Part shown: piece after piece, positions 18,084 to 27,601 of the stretch
Numbering within the stretch: position 1 is the first letter of the stretch
Layout: each line of letters begins with the position of its first letter
Assembly (NCBI GenBank): GCA_044371315.1
Contig: JBILTX010000002.1
Location: forward strand, 1 to 50,106
DNA: 50,106 nt
From: Alphaproteobacteria bacterium
GTDB taxonomy: Bacteria > Pseudomonadota > Alphaproteobacteria > JAJTHO01 > CANGYM01
Direction: 5' to 3'
Notes under the pieces: model-generated
The model's database searches: none
Seen by the model: only the letters and a program-made list of their open reading frames with translations
Told to the model about the DNA's origin: nothing
Position numbers and translations under genes: made by a program

Positions 18084-19352
18084 TTAAATTTTTGAAAAAA
18101 CAAGGGACGCATTTGTTCCACCAAAGCCAAAGGAATTGGAAAGAACATGAGTCAAAACTTTTTCTTGTGCTTGATGAGGAACAAAATTGAGATCACATTC
18201 TTCGTCAGGATCGTCAAGATTCAATGTGGGGGGGATGATATTGGTGTTTAACGCCAGAATGGAAAACACAGCCTCCACAGCCCCAGCGGCCCCCAACAGG
18301 TGACCAATGGCCGATTTTGTAGAGGACATGGCAACTTTATAGGCATGATCCCCAAACAGTTTTTTGACGGCCCGCACTTCAATCACATCGCCTGCAGGGG
18401 TGGATGTTCCGTGGGCATTGATATAGTCGATGGCTTCAACAGGCAGTGCCGCCCGCTTTAAGGCCATGCGCATGCATCGATAGGCGCCGTCCCCATCCTC
18501 AGCAGGGGCTGTGATATGGTGGGCATCGCCGGAGAGGCCATAACCCGTAAGTTCTGCGTAAATTTTAGCACCGCGAGCACGCGCGTGTTCCAGTTCTTCT
18601 AAAACCAAAATCCCTGCCCCCTCGCCCATAACAAAGCCATCCCGTCCGCGATCCCAAGGGCGAGAGGCCTTTTCAGGGGTATCATTATAGCCAGTAGAAA
18701 GGGCTTTTGCAGCGGCAAATCCCGCCATACCAATGCGACAGATGGCGGCCTCTGCCCCACCCGCCACCATAACATCCGCATCACCCATTTGAATCAATCG
18801 TGCGGCATCGCCGATGGCATGACTGCCAGAGGCACAGGCCGTAACCACCGCGTGGTTGGGGCCACGAAAGCCATGTTTAATGGAAATTTGCCCACTGGCC
18901 AGATTGATCAGGCTTGAGGGGATAAAGAATGGGCTGACTCTGCGGGGGCCGCGTTCGGCAAGCAAAAGAGAGGATCGTTCAATCTCAGGCAATCCCCCAA
19001 TGCCCGACCCAATCATCACCCCCGTTTGGTCCGCATCGTGATCATTTTGGGGCACCCAACCCGCATGGGCAATGGCTTCATCGGCGGCGATCATGGCATA
19101 TAAAATGAAATCATCCATGCGCCGCCGATCTTTTTCACTGATATAGCCAGCAGGATCAAAAAGATCAGGGTGATGCATCAACTGTCCCGCAATCCGGCAG
19201 GGAAGGTCATCCGTTGGGAAGCCCAGAATAGGCCGCAAGGCTGATTGTCCAGAAATAAGAAGGGGCCACGTCTTTTCAATCCCCACACCAAAGGGGGACA
19301 CAAGGCCCATTCCGGTAACAACAACACGGCGCAAACGAAAGGATTCTGCCAT
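18084..19352 (-). CDS. fabF: 3-oxoacyl-ACP synthase II
   Basis: Active-site context VVTACASGSHAIGDA, plus INAHGTSTP and GHLLGAAG. It lies directly downstream of acpP. Confidence 0.96.
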   Translation of the reverse strand: MAESFRLRRVVVTGMGLVSPFGVGIEKTWPLLISGQSALRPILGFPTDDLPCRIAGQLMHHPDLFDPAGYISEKDRRRMDDFILYAMIAADEAIAHAGWVPQNDHDADQTGVMIGSGIGGLPEIERSSLLLAERGPRRVSPFFIPSSLINLASGQISIKHGFRGPNHAVVTACASGSHAIGDAARLIQMGDADVMVAGGAEAAICRIGMAGFAAAKALSTGYNDTPEKASRPWDRGRDGFVMGEGAGILVLEELEHARARGAKIYAELTGYGLSGDAHHITAPAEDGDGAYRCMRMALKRAALPVEAIDYINAHGTSTPAGDVIEVRAVKKLFGDHAYKVAMSSTKSAIGHLLGAAGAVEAVFSILALNTNIIPPTLNLDDPDEECDLNFVPHQAQEKVLTHVLSNSFGFGGTNASLVFSKI

Positions 19353-19403
19353 AACTATCCTCGGATGAAGTCAGACGGGGATGTCAAAGAGCGAGGCCAA
19401 GCC

Positions 19404-19643
19404 TTAAGCAGCGGCGGCATTTTGTTCAATAAAAGAAATGGCGTCTTGAACGGTTTGAATTTTTTCCGCAGCATCATCAGGAATTTCCACGCCGAATTCT
19501 TCCTCGAACGCCATGACCAATTCGACTGTGTCGAGGCTGTCGGCTCCAAGGTCATCCATAAAACTCGCACCAGCGACCACTTTGCTTTCATCGACCCCCA
19601 AGTGATCAACAACAATTTTCTTGACGCGTCCAAAGATATCCAT
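19404..19643 (-). CDS. acpP: acyl carrier protein
   Basis: 79 aa with the phosphopantetheine motif [20 protein letters not shown]. Confidence 0.97.
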   Translation of the reverse strand: MDIFGRVKKIVVDHLGVDESKVVAGASFMDDLGADSLDTVELVMAFEEEFGVEIPDDAAEKIQTVQDAISFIEQNAAAA

Positions 19644-19674
19644 GATTTATCATCCATTCGTTTATGATTGACAG

Positions 19675-20475
19675 ATGGGACATGGTTTAGCCGTCTTTAA
19701 AACAGAAATCAAGGCCAGAATTATGATGACTGAAGCCAATCCAAGGTTAGTGATTCTTAGGGAAAAGAGGGATTATGGGGCTTTGGATCTGTTTTTAGAA
19801 AAAAAATTTCCCCCCCTATATTACGCTCCTATTTTTAATTATGAATTTGTGGTTCCTAAAAAGCGTCCTTCGTCATCCAGTGTTTTGCTTTTTTCCAGTC
19901 GCGCTGGGGTTCGTGCTATTTCTCCTGTTATGCGTCATCTGGAAAAGGCACATTGTTTTGTGATTGGCGAAGAAACACAGAATGCCCTTAGGGCTTCTGG
20001 TTTTCAGGGAAAAATCGAGTGTTTTTTAACGATCCAAGATTTTTTGGATCATTTGGTTCGGACAAAACGAAAAGATGTTAGGGCTGTTCATTATTATAGA
20101 GGAGATGTTGTAAAAATGCCAAATCTTGGCAATCATCTGTTTGTTTTAGGCATAAAATACAGTGAGGACATTGTTTATAAAACAAGTTTGGTTCAAAAAA
20201 TTCCCCAAGAAATCTGTGGTTTGATCAAGGAATCTAGGTATTCCATAGGGTATTTGGCGTTTTCGCAGCGTGGTATAACACATTGGGATCATTTGATTTT
20301 TTCTCATGGCCTTGCCCCGTTTTATTCTAAGGGGCATTTGTTTTGCCTGAGCAAGGATGTTGCATCGGGATCGGGAATTATGCCAGAATCATCAACGACT
20401 GTGCCTTTAGAGCCCACAACCACATCTCTGATTGCGTGCATTCAATCTTATTATCAATCTTCCCCAGACGCATGA
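19675..20475 (+). CDS. probable uroporphyrinogen-III synthase (HemD-like)
   Basis: About 250-266 aa with a two-lobed HemD-like pattern (LLFSSRAGVRA..., AFSQRGITHW). It sits upstream of the Mic60-like and HemY-like genes. The start is uncertain (19675 or 19723). Confidence 0.5.
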   Translation: MGHGLAVFKTEIKARIMMTEANPRLVILREKRDYGALDLFLEKKFPPLYYAPIFNYEFVVPKKRPSSSSVLLFSSRAGVRAISPVMRHLEKAHCFVIGEETQNALRASGFQGKIECFLTIQDFLDHLVRTKRKDVRAVHYYRGDVVKMPNLGNHLFVLGIKYSEDIVYKTSLVQKIPQEICGLIKESRYSIGYLAFSQRGITHWDHLIFSHGLAPFYSKGHLFCLSKDVASGSGIMPESSTTVPLEPTTTSLIACIQSYYQSSPDA

Positions 20476-20507
20476 TTTGGCGGGGGTAGTGAGTTGGCAA
20501 CACTTTT

Positions 20508-21527
20508 ATGACTCTTTCTCACGAATCCACCCACTCTAAAAAAAAATTTATAAAGCCGCTTGTTTGGCTGCGCTTAGGGTTTGTTCTTTTCGGGATTGGG
20601 TTGGCTTTTGCCGCAGGCATTGCTCTTTCCCATTACGGGTATTTGTTGCCTATTCAAAAGTTGGATCCTCCCGCACCACCTCCGACTGTGAATTTAGAGC
20701 CTTTTCATTTGCAACTAGACCGCATCGAAGGGTTATTAACAGAGCTTTCCCACCGTATTCCCCAGTCTTCAGAGGGGGCTTCCCCTGCCCCCTTATCCTT
20801 ATCTTTATTGGGGTCCTTGGATCTTTCCAACAGGGCCTCGTCTGTTGAAGACAAAAAATCCCTTGGCACAGATTTAATTTTGGCTCGGGGGCTTGTGGAT
20901 GATTTGTTGTTTTTTTTCGCCTCTCAGCCCCTGACATCTCGGGATGTGGATGCGTTGTTGCTTTTGATGCAAAATCTTTTCCCTGAAAAAAATACCGATG
21001 ATCTTTTGATTTTGCGATCCTCATATGCTCATTTTGTGGACCAAGCCGAAGGGTTGGTGTTGCTGCCTGAACCTATTGTGGGGGCGGGTGAGCCTCCCTC
21101 CCCTGCCCCGTCGTCGTTTTGGTCCGGTTTTTTAGGCCATTTTGTGACGGTTCGTGGCCCAGGCGATTTGAATCCCGACGATGCTTCGGCCGTGCCTGAG
21201 GTTGTGAACATCTATAACGAGGCCTATGATACGTGGCAAAACACGATTTTGCCGGCTTTGCGAAAGGGCCGATTGGATGAAGCGGCGGAGTTTATGGAAA
21301 AATTGGATGGTCGGGTTCTGTTTGCAGAGGATGCCCGCTGGCAAAGTTGGCAACAAGAGTTTGGATCATGGCTTCGTGCTTATAGGTGGCTGCGTTCCGC
21401 GCGGATGGATATGACGCGCCAGATGATTCAACAGATGACGGAGACGATTTCATCCCCAACAATGACGCCGGAAAATCCCGTGATTCCTGACAATCCCCTT
21501 CCTTCTCACCATGACGGGGCGCCATGA
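20508..21527 (+). CDS. membrane-anchored HemX/Mic60 (mitofilin)-like protein
   Basis: 339 aa with one N-terminal TM segment (LVWLRLGFVLFGIGLAFAAGIAL), a Pro-rich and helical middle, and a C-terminal block ...LRKGRLDEAAEFMEKLDG...WQSWQQEFGSWLRAYRWL resembling the mitofilin C-domain. It lies between hemD-like and hemY-like genes. Confidence 0.5.
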   Translation: MTLSHESTHSKKKFIKPLVWLRLGFVLFGIGLAFAAGIALSHYGYLLPIQKLDPPAPPPTVNLEPFHLQLDRIEGLLTELSHRIPQSSEGASPAPLSLSLLGSLDLSNRASSVEDKKSLGTDLILARGLVDDLLFFFASQPLTSRDVDALLLLMQNLFPEKNTDDLLILRSSYAHFVDQAEGLVLLPEPIVGAGEPPSPAPSSFWSGFLGHFVTVRGPGDLNPDDASAVPEVVNIYNEAYDTWQNTILPALRKGRLDEAAEFMEKLDGRVLFAEDARWQSWQQEFGSWLRAYRWLRSARMDMTRQMIQQMTETISSPTMTPENPVIPDNPLPSHHDGAP

Positions 21528-22729
21528 AAACGGCCATTACCCTTTTGCTGTTGGTTGTTTTGGTGGCGGGGATTCAATTTCTTTCCGCGGATACGGTGAC
21601 GATTTTGCTGGCCGGCTATGAAATCAGCATGTCTTTGTCGGTGGCCTTAACCTTTGTACTGATTTTATTTTTTTTGGCCCATGGGGTGCTCAGCAGTATT
21701 GCATCCCTGATGGCATGGTCCCAACATCGCAGTTTGCGCCGCCAGCTGCAACGTTCTCAGGAATCCTTGGATACTCTGGGGCTTTGCTGGCAGGCAGTGG
21801 TGTTGCAAGATAAAAAAGGCGCTGACCGTCATTTGGGGGTTTTGAAAAAAACGCTTAAGGAAAACCCGCTGCTGCCCTACCTGCAGGGGCGTGTTTGTGA
21901 AATGAAGGGGGATATGGAGGGGGCGCGTCAAGCCTATCAGGCTTTGATGTTTGATCCGAAACTCAGCGCCCTAGGGATTCGCGAGTTGACCCATCTTCCG
22001 GATAATCAGATCAAGGATCCTTTTCAGTGGCTCAGCACCCTGAGCGTTGAGCAGAGGCAAGAACCTTGGGCCGTTCGCGCCCTGATGGCGCGGGCCTTGG
22101 TGACGGGAGATATTGAAGGGGCAAACCAACTGTTTCGTACCCATCGCCGGATTTTTGATGCCAAGGAAAGCCTGCGCATGGAAAAAGCCATCATGGCCGC
22201 AGAAGCCAAGCAATGTTGGCAGGTGTATAGCGACAGTCAAAAACAGGATCAGGAGGCCCTATCGCAGGCCCAAGAGGCTTTTAAAAAAGCCTATCAACGG
22301 GATCGCAGCGATCTTTCCATGCGGGCCCTTTATGCGGGGTCATTGTGCGAAACCGATGGGCGAGAGGCTTTGTCTTTGATGAAAAAAAGCCTACCCCAAA
22401 GCGCAGGATTTTTATTTGTGCAAACGCTTCTGATCCAAATCATACGATTGTTGCCGGAAAAAGAGCGCACGAAAACCATCAAATCCCTCGACATCAAAGA
22501 AAACTCCCCCCTGTATCATCGTTTGATGGCTTCGGCTTTCGAAAGTTTGGGGTTTGTTGAAAAGTTGGCCTATCACGAAGCGGAGGTTGTCCGTTTGCAG
22601 CCCTCAGACAACGATGGTCTTCGTCATGCTTGGGTCTGTGATCACTGTCAGGATCAAAGCGTGATGTGGCAGCCCGTTTGCGGAAATTGTAAAACCATAG
22701 GGTCTTATACCATGACCACGTCTAGTTAA
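21524..22729 (+). CDS. HemY-like protein (HemY_N domain, TPR-like, C-terminal zinc ribbon)
   Basis: Two N-terminal TM segments, LAGYEISMSLSVAL motif, helical repeats, and C-terminal CDHCQ...CGNC. The ATG overlaps the upstream stop (ATGA at 21524-21527). Confidence 0.7.
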   Translation: MKTAITLLLLVVLVAGIQFLSADTVTILLAGYEISMSLSVALTFVLILFFLAHGVLSSIASLMAWSQHRSLRRQLQRSQESLDTLGLCWQAVVLQDKKGADRHLGVLKKTLKENPLLPYLQGRVCEMKGDMEGARQAYQALMFDPKLSALGIRELTHLPDNQIKDPFQWLSTLSVEQRQEPWAVRALMARALVTGDIEGANQLFRTHRRIFDAKESLRMEKAIMAAEAKQCWQVYSDSQKQDQEALSQAQEAFKKAYQRDRSDLSMRALYAGSLCETDGREALSLMKKSLPQSAGFLFVQTLLIQIIRLLPEKERTKTIKSLDIKENSPLYHRLMASAFESLGFVEKLAYHEAEVVRLQPSDNDGLRHAWVCDHCQDQSVMWQPVCGNCKTIGSYTMTTSS

Positions 22730-22744
22730 TGTGCTGTATTGATC

Positions 22745-23275
22745 ATGAATCGTGCTTTGTTTTTGGATCGTGACGGGGTGATTAATGAAGAGGTGAATTA
22801 TGCCCATCGTCCTGACCAGATTGTGTTTGTGGATGGCATTTTTGATCTTTGTTGGGCCGCCCAAGCCTTAGGATATGTTTTGATTGTGGTTACCAATCAG
22901 GCCGGCATCGGTCGGGGGTATTATACCGAGGCGCAATTTCATCACCTTACCCAGTGGATGGACCTTCAGTTCAAAGATAGAGGGATTGTTTTGCATGAAA
23001 CCTATTTTTGTCCAGATCATCCGGATCATGGGTTGGGGATTTATAAAAAAGAATCCTTTGATCGCAAGCCCCACCCTGGGATGATTTTGAAAGGTATAGA
23101 AAAATATGGCCTTTCGCCGGAATCCTCTTTGATGATTGGGGATCGAGAAACGGATATGCAGGCCGCCCGCGCCGCCTGTATCGGGACAAAACTGTTGATT
23201 TGCCCCGAAAAACCCGAACACACAGCGGCGGATTTTTGGATTACGGGGTTGCATCAGGTGATGGATTATCTGTAG
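22745..23275 (+). CDS. gmhB: D-glycero-beta-D-manno-heptose 1,7-bisphosphate 7-phosphatase (HAD family)
   Basis: MNRALFLDRDGVIN..., VTNQAGIGRGYY, YFCPDHP, GDRETDMQAA. Confidence 0.75.
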   Translation: MNRALFLDRDGVINEEVNYAHRPDQIVFVDGIFDLCWAAQALGYVLIVVTNQAGIGRGYYTEAQFHHLTQWMDLQFKDRGIVLHETYFCPDHPDHGLGIYKKESFDRKPHPGMILKGIEKYGLSPESSLMIGDRETDMQAARAACIGTKLLICPEKPEHTAADFWITGLHQVMDYL

Positions 23276-23281
23276 GGTGCG

Positions 23282-23788
23282 TTAAAGACAAAACCCCCTG
23301 CGGGCTACAATCTTTTTTTCTGGCAGGCGAATGTCCACCACGGCATCCTTAATCAATGGCAGGGTGACCTCCGTCCCTGTGGGGGTCTGTATATCAAAAA
23401 AATCACCAGCCCCATAATTTTGTACGGCCATTACCCGTCCCAAAATGTCCCCGCTGTCTTCATCCACCACCACCGATCCGATCAAATCCGTGTGATACCA
23501 TGTATCTTCGTCTAAAACCGGCAGCCTGCTGCGGGCAACGCCCAGCTCAACACCGCGCAGGGTTTCGGCGTCGTTACGATGTGATAGGCCTTCTAAATGC
23601 AAAACCCACCCCTTTCCTTGGGGGCGGCTTTTTTTGATCACAAAGGTATTCCCTGTTGCCGTTGTCAGGGTCCCATAGCCCATCAGGGTTTCGGGGTCAT
23701 GATAGGCGTGAATCATCACATCCCCCCCAAGGCTATGAGGCCGCAGAATGCGGCACAGCGGCACAAAATCATCGACAGGCAAAATCAT
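23282..23788 (-). CDS. rimM: 16S rRNA processing protein RimM
   Basis: RILRPHSLGGDV... N-domain and PRC-barrel YHTDLIGSVVVDEDSGDILGRVMAVQNYGAGDFFDI. Confidence 0.88.
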   Translation of the reverse strand: MILPVDDFVPLCRILRPHSLGGDVMIHAYHDPETLMGYGTLTTATGNTFVIKKSRPQGKGWVLHLEGLSHRNDAETLRGVELGVARSRLPVLDEDTWYHTDLIGSVVVDEDSGDILGRVMAVQNYGAGDFFDIQTPTGTEVTLPLIKDAVVDIRLPEKKIVARRGFCL

Positions 23789-24021
23789 GATTCAGGAACG
23801 CTGGTTTTCAGGGCTAGGGCGTGAAGCTCGGTCCCCATTTTTCCCTGCAGCGCCTGATACACCATTTGATGCTGCTGAATGCGGGTTTTTCCGACAAAAT
23901 CCGCCGATATGACATGGGCCGCATAATGATCGCCGTCCCCTGCCAAATCCTCGATGGAAACCTGAGCGTCTGGAAACGCCGAGAGAATCATTTTTTTTAA
24001 AGTGTCTGCATCCATGGCCAT
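23785..24021 (-). CDS. BolA-family protein
   Basis: 78 aa. ...DGDHYAAHVISADFVGKTRIQQHQMVYQAL...ELHALALKT. Its stop overlaps the rimM start (ATGA). Confidence 0.8.
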   Translation of the reverse strand: MAMDADTLKKMILSAFPDAQVSIEDLAGDGDHYAAHVISADFVGKTRIQQHQMVYQALQGKMGTELHALALKTSVPES

Positions 24022-24033
24022 CGTTAGGACATC

Positions 24034-24498
24034 CTATTTGTTTTTCTGTTTGTCATCCGGCAAAGAAGACAAACGGCCATAATTCCCCAGCAACTGTTCG
24101 ATGGCAGAGAGTTTGTGCCCAGCCGTGGGGGTGGCTTGGCTTTCATAGCTGATTTCACGGTAAGCATCCGTGCCCCGCATAACAAACGCATCCAAAACAT
24201 CTTGATCATCAAAGGAAGCAATGACAATTTTTTGTTCAATCAGTTTGGGCCCGCCAAAGGGCTGTTGTTCGATTTTTTGGCCCACATAATGCCAGATGTT
24301 TGGATCAAAGGTGGAAACGGTTGTGGGTGTCCCCAACAATGATCGTACGTCGTCCTTTTTCAGAACGCCCACGCGCAGGGATTGAACTTTGTTTTCGGGA
24401 AGGATTTCCCCATTGGTTTTAATAATAGGAGAACACGAGGCAACAAACAAAATCACACCATAGGTGAACAGCCAAAAAAGCATGCCAAAACGTTTCAT
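24034..24498 (-). CDS. bamE: outer membrane protein assembly factor BamE (SmpA/OmlA lipoprotein)
   Basis: Lipobox LFVASC, then VQSLRVGVLKKDDVRSLLGTPT...W.Y. Confidence 0.8.
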   Translation of the reverse strand: MKRFGMLFWLFTYGVILFVASCSPIIKTNGEILPENKVQSLRVGVLKKDDVRSLLGTPTTVSTFDPNIWHYVGQKIEQQPFGGPKLIEQKIVIASFDDQDVLDAFVMRGTDAYREISYESQATPTAGHKLSAIEQLLGNYGRLSSLPDDKQKNK

Positions 24499-24649
24499 AG
24501 AATTCCCAAAAATCTAAGAGGTTGGTATCCATGACAAAGCCAGAAAAAGGGGCCGTGTGTCAATAAGGAAAACACCCTGCATTTCTTCCTTGCCAAAACC
24601 TATGCTCTACTTCTTTATAGTCCATGATGGCATATCCTTTTTTACAGTC

Positions 24650-25513
24650 ATGACCTCTTTCCCCACTCTTTTAAAGGCCTTTGCTGAGGATCTGGACGCC
24701 TTTATGGGAAAAACCCTCTCGGGGTCCCATGTTTTGGATCAGGCCATGCGCTATAGCGCAGTGCCCTCTGGCAAGGCCATACGGGGATTTTTGGTGCGGG
24801 AAAGTTTGCGTTTGGCAGGATTTCCGGAAGATGCTTTTTGGGACATTGCGGCCGCGTTTGAGGTGTTTCACACCTATTCCCTGATTCATGACGATCTGCC
24901 CTGCATGGATAATGCGTCTTTGCGGCGCGGACGGCCAACTTGTCATTTGGCGTTTGACGAAGCCACCGCCGTTTTGGCGGGGGACGCTTTGCAGGCCGAG
25001 GCCTTTGCTTTGCTTTCCGGCCCCAGTAAAGTATTTCATGCACAGGGTCAGATGCGTCTGATTTATCGTTTGGCCTTGTCGGCGGGACGATGTGGCATGG
25101 CCTTGGGGCAGGCCATGGATATTGCCGGCACTGTGACCACGTTGGAGGATTTAAAAACCATGCACCGCCTGAAAACCGGTGTTTTGATTCAAACGGCAGC
25201 CATGGCGGGGGGCTTGTTGGGGGGTGATGAGGCTTTGATTCACACTATGGAAATGTTTGGTGGGGTGTTGGGACTGGCCTTTCAGGTGCGCGATGATCTT
25301 TTGGATATCGAAGGATGCCCACAGCAAACAGGAAAAACCACAGGCCAAGATCAAAACAATCAGCGCGTCACCTTTATTAATCTTTTGGGCCCTGCAGGCA
25401 GCGAGGCCTTGCTGTCTGATTTGGAAAAACAGGCCAGAGATGCTTTGGCCATTCTGCCCGATGCAGGGTATTTGCCGGATCTTTTGTCCTTTGTGATTCA
25501 CCGGCGGTGGTAG
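24650..25513 (+). CDS. ispA: farnesyl/geranyl diphosphate synthase (polyprenyl synthetase family)
   Basis: First Asp-rich motif LIHDDLPCMDN and second FQVRDDLLD. The ATG at 24650 is preferred. Confidence 0.88.
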   Translation: MTSFPTLLKAFAEDLDAFMGKTLSGSHVLDQAMRYSAVPSGKAIRGFLVRESLRLAGFPEDAFWDIAAAFEVFHTYSLIHDDLPCMDNASLRRGRPTCHLAFDEATAVLAGDALQAEAFALLSGPSKVFHAQGQMRLIYRLALSAGRCGMALGQAMDIAGTVTTLEDLKTMHRLKTGVLIQTAAMAGGLLGGDEALIHTMEMFGGVLGLAFQVRDDLLDIEGCPQQTGKTTGQDQNNQRVTFINLLGPAGSEALLSDLEKQARDALAILPDAGYLPDLLSFVIHRRW

Positions 25514-25635
25514 GGGTGAGGTCTCAATTTCCAAGGTTTTGCCGTTTGAGGATGCCGCACCCTCTTTACACAGCCCCCAAGAGCTTGGTACAAGGAAACG
25601 ATGCCCGCAAACATTCGTAAAGGATAAAGACCATT

Positions 25636-25962
25636 ATGCAGCCGCAAATGAATCAAATTTTACAACAGGCCCAAAAAATGCAACAAAAGCTTCAGCAAGC
25701 CCAGCAAGAGGTTGAAAAGCTGGAGCGTGAAGGGACATCCGGCGGGGGCATGGTGAAAATCACCCTGAACGGGAAATTTCAGGCCCGCGGTTTAAAGGTT
25801 GACCCCAGCTTGCTCAAGGAAGAAGAGCGTGATGTTTTAGAAGACTTGATCGTGGCCGCCATCAATGACGCCCACCAAAAAATCGAACAGGCCTCACAAG
25901 AAACCATGAGCAAAGTCACAGCGGGCATGCCTTTGCCCCCTGGCGTTAAATTGCCTTTCTAA
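25636..25962 (+). CDS. ybaB: nucleoid-associated protein YbaB/EbfC
   Basis: 108 aa. MQQKLQQAQQE...GGGMVKITLNGK...LEDLIVAAINDA. It lies upstream of recR. Confidence 0.92.
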   Translation: MQPQMNQILQQAQKMQQKLQQAQQEVEKLEREGTSGGGMVKITLNGKFQARGLKVDPSLLKEEERDVLEDLIVAAINDAHQKIEQASQETMSKVTAGMPLPPGVKLPF

Positions 25963-25966
25963 AGGT

Positions 25967-26560
25967 ATGATCCAAGGCGAAGAAATCCAGCAGGCCATGA
26001 AGGTCTTGGCCCAGCTGCCTGGGTTTGGTCAGCGTTCTGCGCGTCGCGCTTTGTTGCATCTGTTGATTCACAAAGACAGGAAAATGGCCCCTTTGATTCA
26101 GGCCCTACAGACCTGTTATGAAACCATAACAGCCTGCCGGATGTGTGGTCATTTGGATACGGTTAATCCTTGTCACATCTGCCAATCCCCTCGTCGTCAT
26201 CGTCATCAGCTGTGTGTTGTTGAGTCTGTTTCCGACCTATGGGCCATGGAAAGAACGGGGGTTTATCATGGCCTTTATCATGTTTTGGGGGGGCTTCTTT
26301 CTGCCATGGACGATGTTCGCCCCGAACATTTGGGCCTGTCCCGATTGACCGAACGCATTCAGGATTTGGGGGTTGAGGAGGTTATTTTTGCGCTCAATGC
26401 CTCTTTAGAGGCGCAAACCACCGTGTTTGTCATCACGGAGTCGCTGCCAAAAACTCTCAAGATCACTCAACTGGCCCATGGCATTCCCATTGGTGGAGAG
26501 CTGGATTATATGGATGATGCCACACTCCAAACCGCTTTGCAGCGGCGCGGGGTTTTATAA
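25967..26560 (+). CDS. recR: recombination protein RecR
   Basis: LPGFGQRSARRA helix-hairpin-helix, zinc finger CRMCGHLDTVNPCHIC, and a Toprim domain. Confidence 0.95.
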   Translation: MIQGEEIQQAMKVLAQLPGFGQRSARRALLHLLIHKDRKMAPLIQALQTCYETITACRMCGHLDTVNPCHICQSPRRHRHQLCVVESVSDLWAMERTGVYHGLYHVLGGLLSAMDDVRPEHLGLSRLTERIQDLGVEEVIFALNASLEAQTTVFVITESLPKTLKITQLAHGIPIGGELDYMDDATLQTALQRRGVL

Positions 26561-26565
26561 TTACG

Positions 26566-27555
26566 GTGCCTTATCACAATGTGGATCATTACGATGTTCT
26601 GGTGGTGGGGGCAGGTTTAGCGGGGTCTATGGTGGCCCATGCCCTTTCCCAGAGGGGTGTTTCTGTAGCAATCTGCGAAAAGTCTCCTCATCCCCTCACA
26701 GGGGGGGCCTCCCATCATCATGCCTGCGCCCTTTACCCTTTGATTCATGCCGTGCCTTGTGCGGAGGACGCTTTTTTTCTACGCGCCTATGAATACGCAT
26801 TAACCCTATTTTCAGGCCAACCGTTTTTTCATCCCGCCCCACTACGCCTGCCCACAGGAAAACGACACAGTCCCCTTTGGCAATATCATTTGGAAACCAC
26901 AGACAGCGGCACGTATCTTTTAACGGGGGGGTGGGTGGATCCCATAGCGGCCTGTCGACACTATCTTCAGGGGATTCCCGTTTTTTATAATACGTCCTTT
27001 CATGATGTGACCACGCCCGCTGCTGTGGTTGTTTTTTGTGCGGGTTCGGGTATGCGGGATTATTTCCCCCATTGGCCATGGCGTTTAACCGCAGGGCAAA
27101 CCGATTATGGGTATTGGGGAGAAGGAACAGAATCCAATCCTACCATTCTTTGCGAAGATGGCTTTATGATTCCCATGATGGAAAAAACCGTGGCCTGCGG
27201 CGGAACCTATCGCCCGCATCAGGACCAGGCCCCTGTTTTGATCGAGGACACTCAAAAAAACCTTTCCAAGGTGCAGGGGCTTCAACCTCATCCCACCCTG
27301 AAACCCACCACAGGGGTCAGAATTCGGGGAAAAACCATTCTGCCCTGTGTGGGGTATGTGGATGATGCAGGAACGTTTGTTTCGATCCTAAAAAAAGAAA
27401 GCCCCTTGCCAAAAGCCATCCCCAAACAATGGGTTTTATCGGGATTTGGTTCGCGGGGAATGGTCACCATCCCTTGGTCTGTGGATTGTCTGATGTCTGC
27501 GATGCAGGGGTGGACGCATACAGGACCAAAAAAAGACTTGCAATCGTCGGTGTAG
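26566..27555 (+). CDS. FAD-dependent oxidoreductase resembling the oxidase (C-terminal) domain of MnmC
   Basis: Dinucleotide fold [13 protein letters not shown]. Blocks [41 protein letters not shown] and SGFGSRGM align by eye with E. coli MnmC residues in its FAD domain. No methyltransferase domain is present. Confidence 0.55.
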   Translation: MPYHNVDHYDVLVVGAGLAGSMVAHALSQRGVSVAICEKSPHPLTGGASHHHACALYPLIHAVPCAEDAFFLRAYEYALTLFSGQPFFHPAPLRLPTGKRHSPLWQYHLETTDSGTYLLTGGWVDPIAACRHYLQGIPVFYNTSFHDVTTPAAVVVFCAGSGMRDYFPHWPWRLTAGQTDYGYWGEGTESNPTILCEDGFMIPMMEKTVACGGTYRPHQDQAPVLIEDTQKNLSKVQGLQPHPTLKPTTGVRIRGKTILPCVGYVDDAGTFVSILKKESPLPKAIPKQWVLSGFGSRGMVTIPWSVDCLMSAMQGWTHTGPKKDLQSSV

Positions 27556-27601
27556 GCGTTACATAAGAACCACTTTCGTTTATGGATTTTCGTGTTCTGG
27601 T

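Noticed and set aside
25514-25635. Possible SRP (4.5S) RNA or tRNA upstream of ybaB-recR, a frequent location for ffs
   Set aside because: I could not find the conserved domain IV features (GGAA/GNRA tetraloop flanked by the symmetric and asymmetric loop sequences) or any cloverleaf. Only short, weak hairpins such as CCAAG-AG-CTTGG are present. A covariance-model scan (Rfam/Infernal) would be decisive.
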